A stretch of 64,000 bases of DNA. Origin: an uncultured delta proteobacterium (GTDB lineage Bacteria; Desulfobacterota; Desulfobacteria; Desulfobacterales; Desulfatirhabdiaceae). The DNA lies in the NCBI GenBank assembly GCA_963789395.1, contig CAWBKP010000006.1, positions 37,864 to 101,863 on the forward strand, written 5' to 3'. Shown here one piece after another: positions 63,261 through 64,000 of the stretch. Every line of letters begins with the position of its first letter. Position 1 is the first letter of the stretch. A program made the translations under genes and the position numbers. Below the pieces are notes generated by a model. It was not told the origin of the DNA. It searched no databases and saw nothing but the letters and a program-made list of their open reading frames with translations.

Positions 63261-63763
63261 TCACATCTTTGCGATCATTCTTTTTTCAACCTGAACCCTT
63301 GTATGGCTTTCAATGGTGTTCAGCAACACAATGACCCGCTCGGTTGCATTCATCTCATCGAGGAAAATCCCCTGCAGGCCGGCCAAGGGGCCTTCCGTGA
63401 TCCGGACAGGCTTCACCGGCAAAAAACTCGGGGCGCTTCCAGATCGACAAAGCCATGCTCGGTCCGGGACCGGATAAAATCAATAATGGCATCATCAACG
63501 ATCCAGGGATGACCGCTATGGTCCCCCACCATCCTTCTGACCCCCCGGGTATACCGAATGGTATGCGCATACCGGGGCGCATTGATTTTTACAAAAACAT
63601 AACCGGGGAAAAGAGCTTCCACCACCATCCGCGGCTTGGAACGAAGATATTTGCGTCTTTGAATTTTGGGGCTGAAAAGCTCGACTTCCGGCAGACCTTC
63701 CAGCAGGTGGCAGACGGTGTCTTCCTTGGTCGGCTTAATATGAATACAGTACCAGTTCTTCAT
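63261..63763 (-). CDS. Second NusG-paralog antiterminator (apparent frameshifts near 63400-63430)
   Basis: MKNWYCIHIKPTKED...LFPGYVFV; paralog of 58666. Confidence 0.85.
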
Positions 63764-64000
63764 ATTTATCCCAGCCGGGTAAAATAAGTCTAAAACTTTC
63801 TTACAGTATATCTATGTCACCAATACATAACGATTGAAAGGGGGATTTTTTCAACGCTTATATGGGTATGCATATACCCATAATCACCCGCATGAAAGAG
63901 AGGGCATATATTCATTCTCGGCTTATTGATGGAATACTTGAGTGATTTTTAATAAAACTTGATCAAACGAAAATAAACATTAGATCCGCATGCAGTTTTT

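Larger units (their letters stand above)
58426..64000. repeat. Large diverged inverted duplication (arms about 58426-61230 and 61301-64000)
   Basis: Leader, nusG paralog, wza and wzc 5' half are mirrored; arms differ by synonymous and conservative substitutions. Confidence 0.92.

Noticed and set aside
7020..63763. Programmed frameshifting or mass pseudogenisation
   Set aside because: Single-base indels hit essential genes (priA, xerD, fabH) without nonsense decay and cluster toward the right end, which fits sequencing error

Overview
A 64-kb chromosomal window that looks like an anaerobic deltaproteobacterium (Desulfobacterota, probably Desulfobacterales; inferred from tetraheme cytochrome c3, an HdrA-like gene and hgcAB). 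Many genes are split by single-base indels, most densely from about 52 kb onward, so the sequence is probably an imperfectly polished long-read consensus and most frameshifts are likely errors. Main contents: (1) a degenerate histidine kinase and a sigma54 activator next to two duplicated secreted FN3/FG-GAP adhesin-like genes, each preceded by a sigma54 promoter and a c-di-GMP-I riboswitch (one canonical, one variant); (2) sucB-lpdA, a rhodanese and an HdrA-like gene; (3) an arsR-hgcA-hgcB mercury-methylation operon with nested repeat elements between hgcA and hgcB and a broken rhomboid gene downstream; (4) housekeeping genes (fabH, ubiB-like, nth, priA, rsmG, smc, pfp, tatA, cobB, queF, xerD, glgP) and a large-type SRP RNA with a reduced Alu domain; (5) several small non-autonomous element families, including a GTAAC-ended element seen in full, partly deleted and empty forms that carries a four-helix-bundle gene; (6) two diverged copies of a NusG-paralog/wza/wzc polysaccharide operon start, fused tail-to-tail at about 61300. 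No CRISPR array, rRNA or tRNA was recognised.
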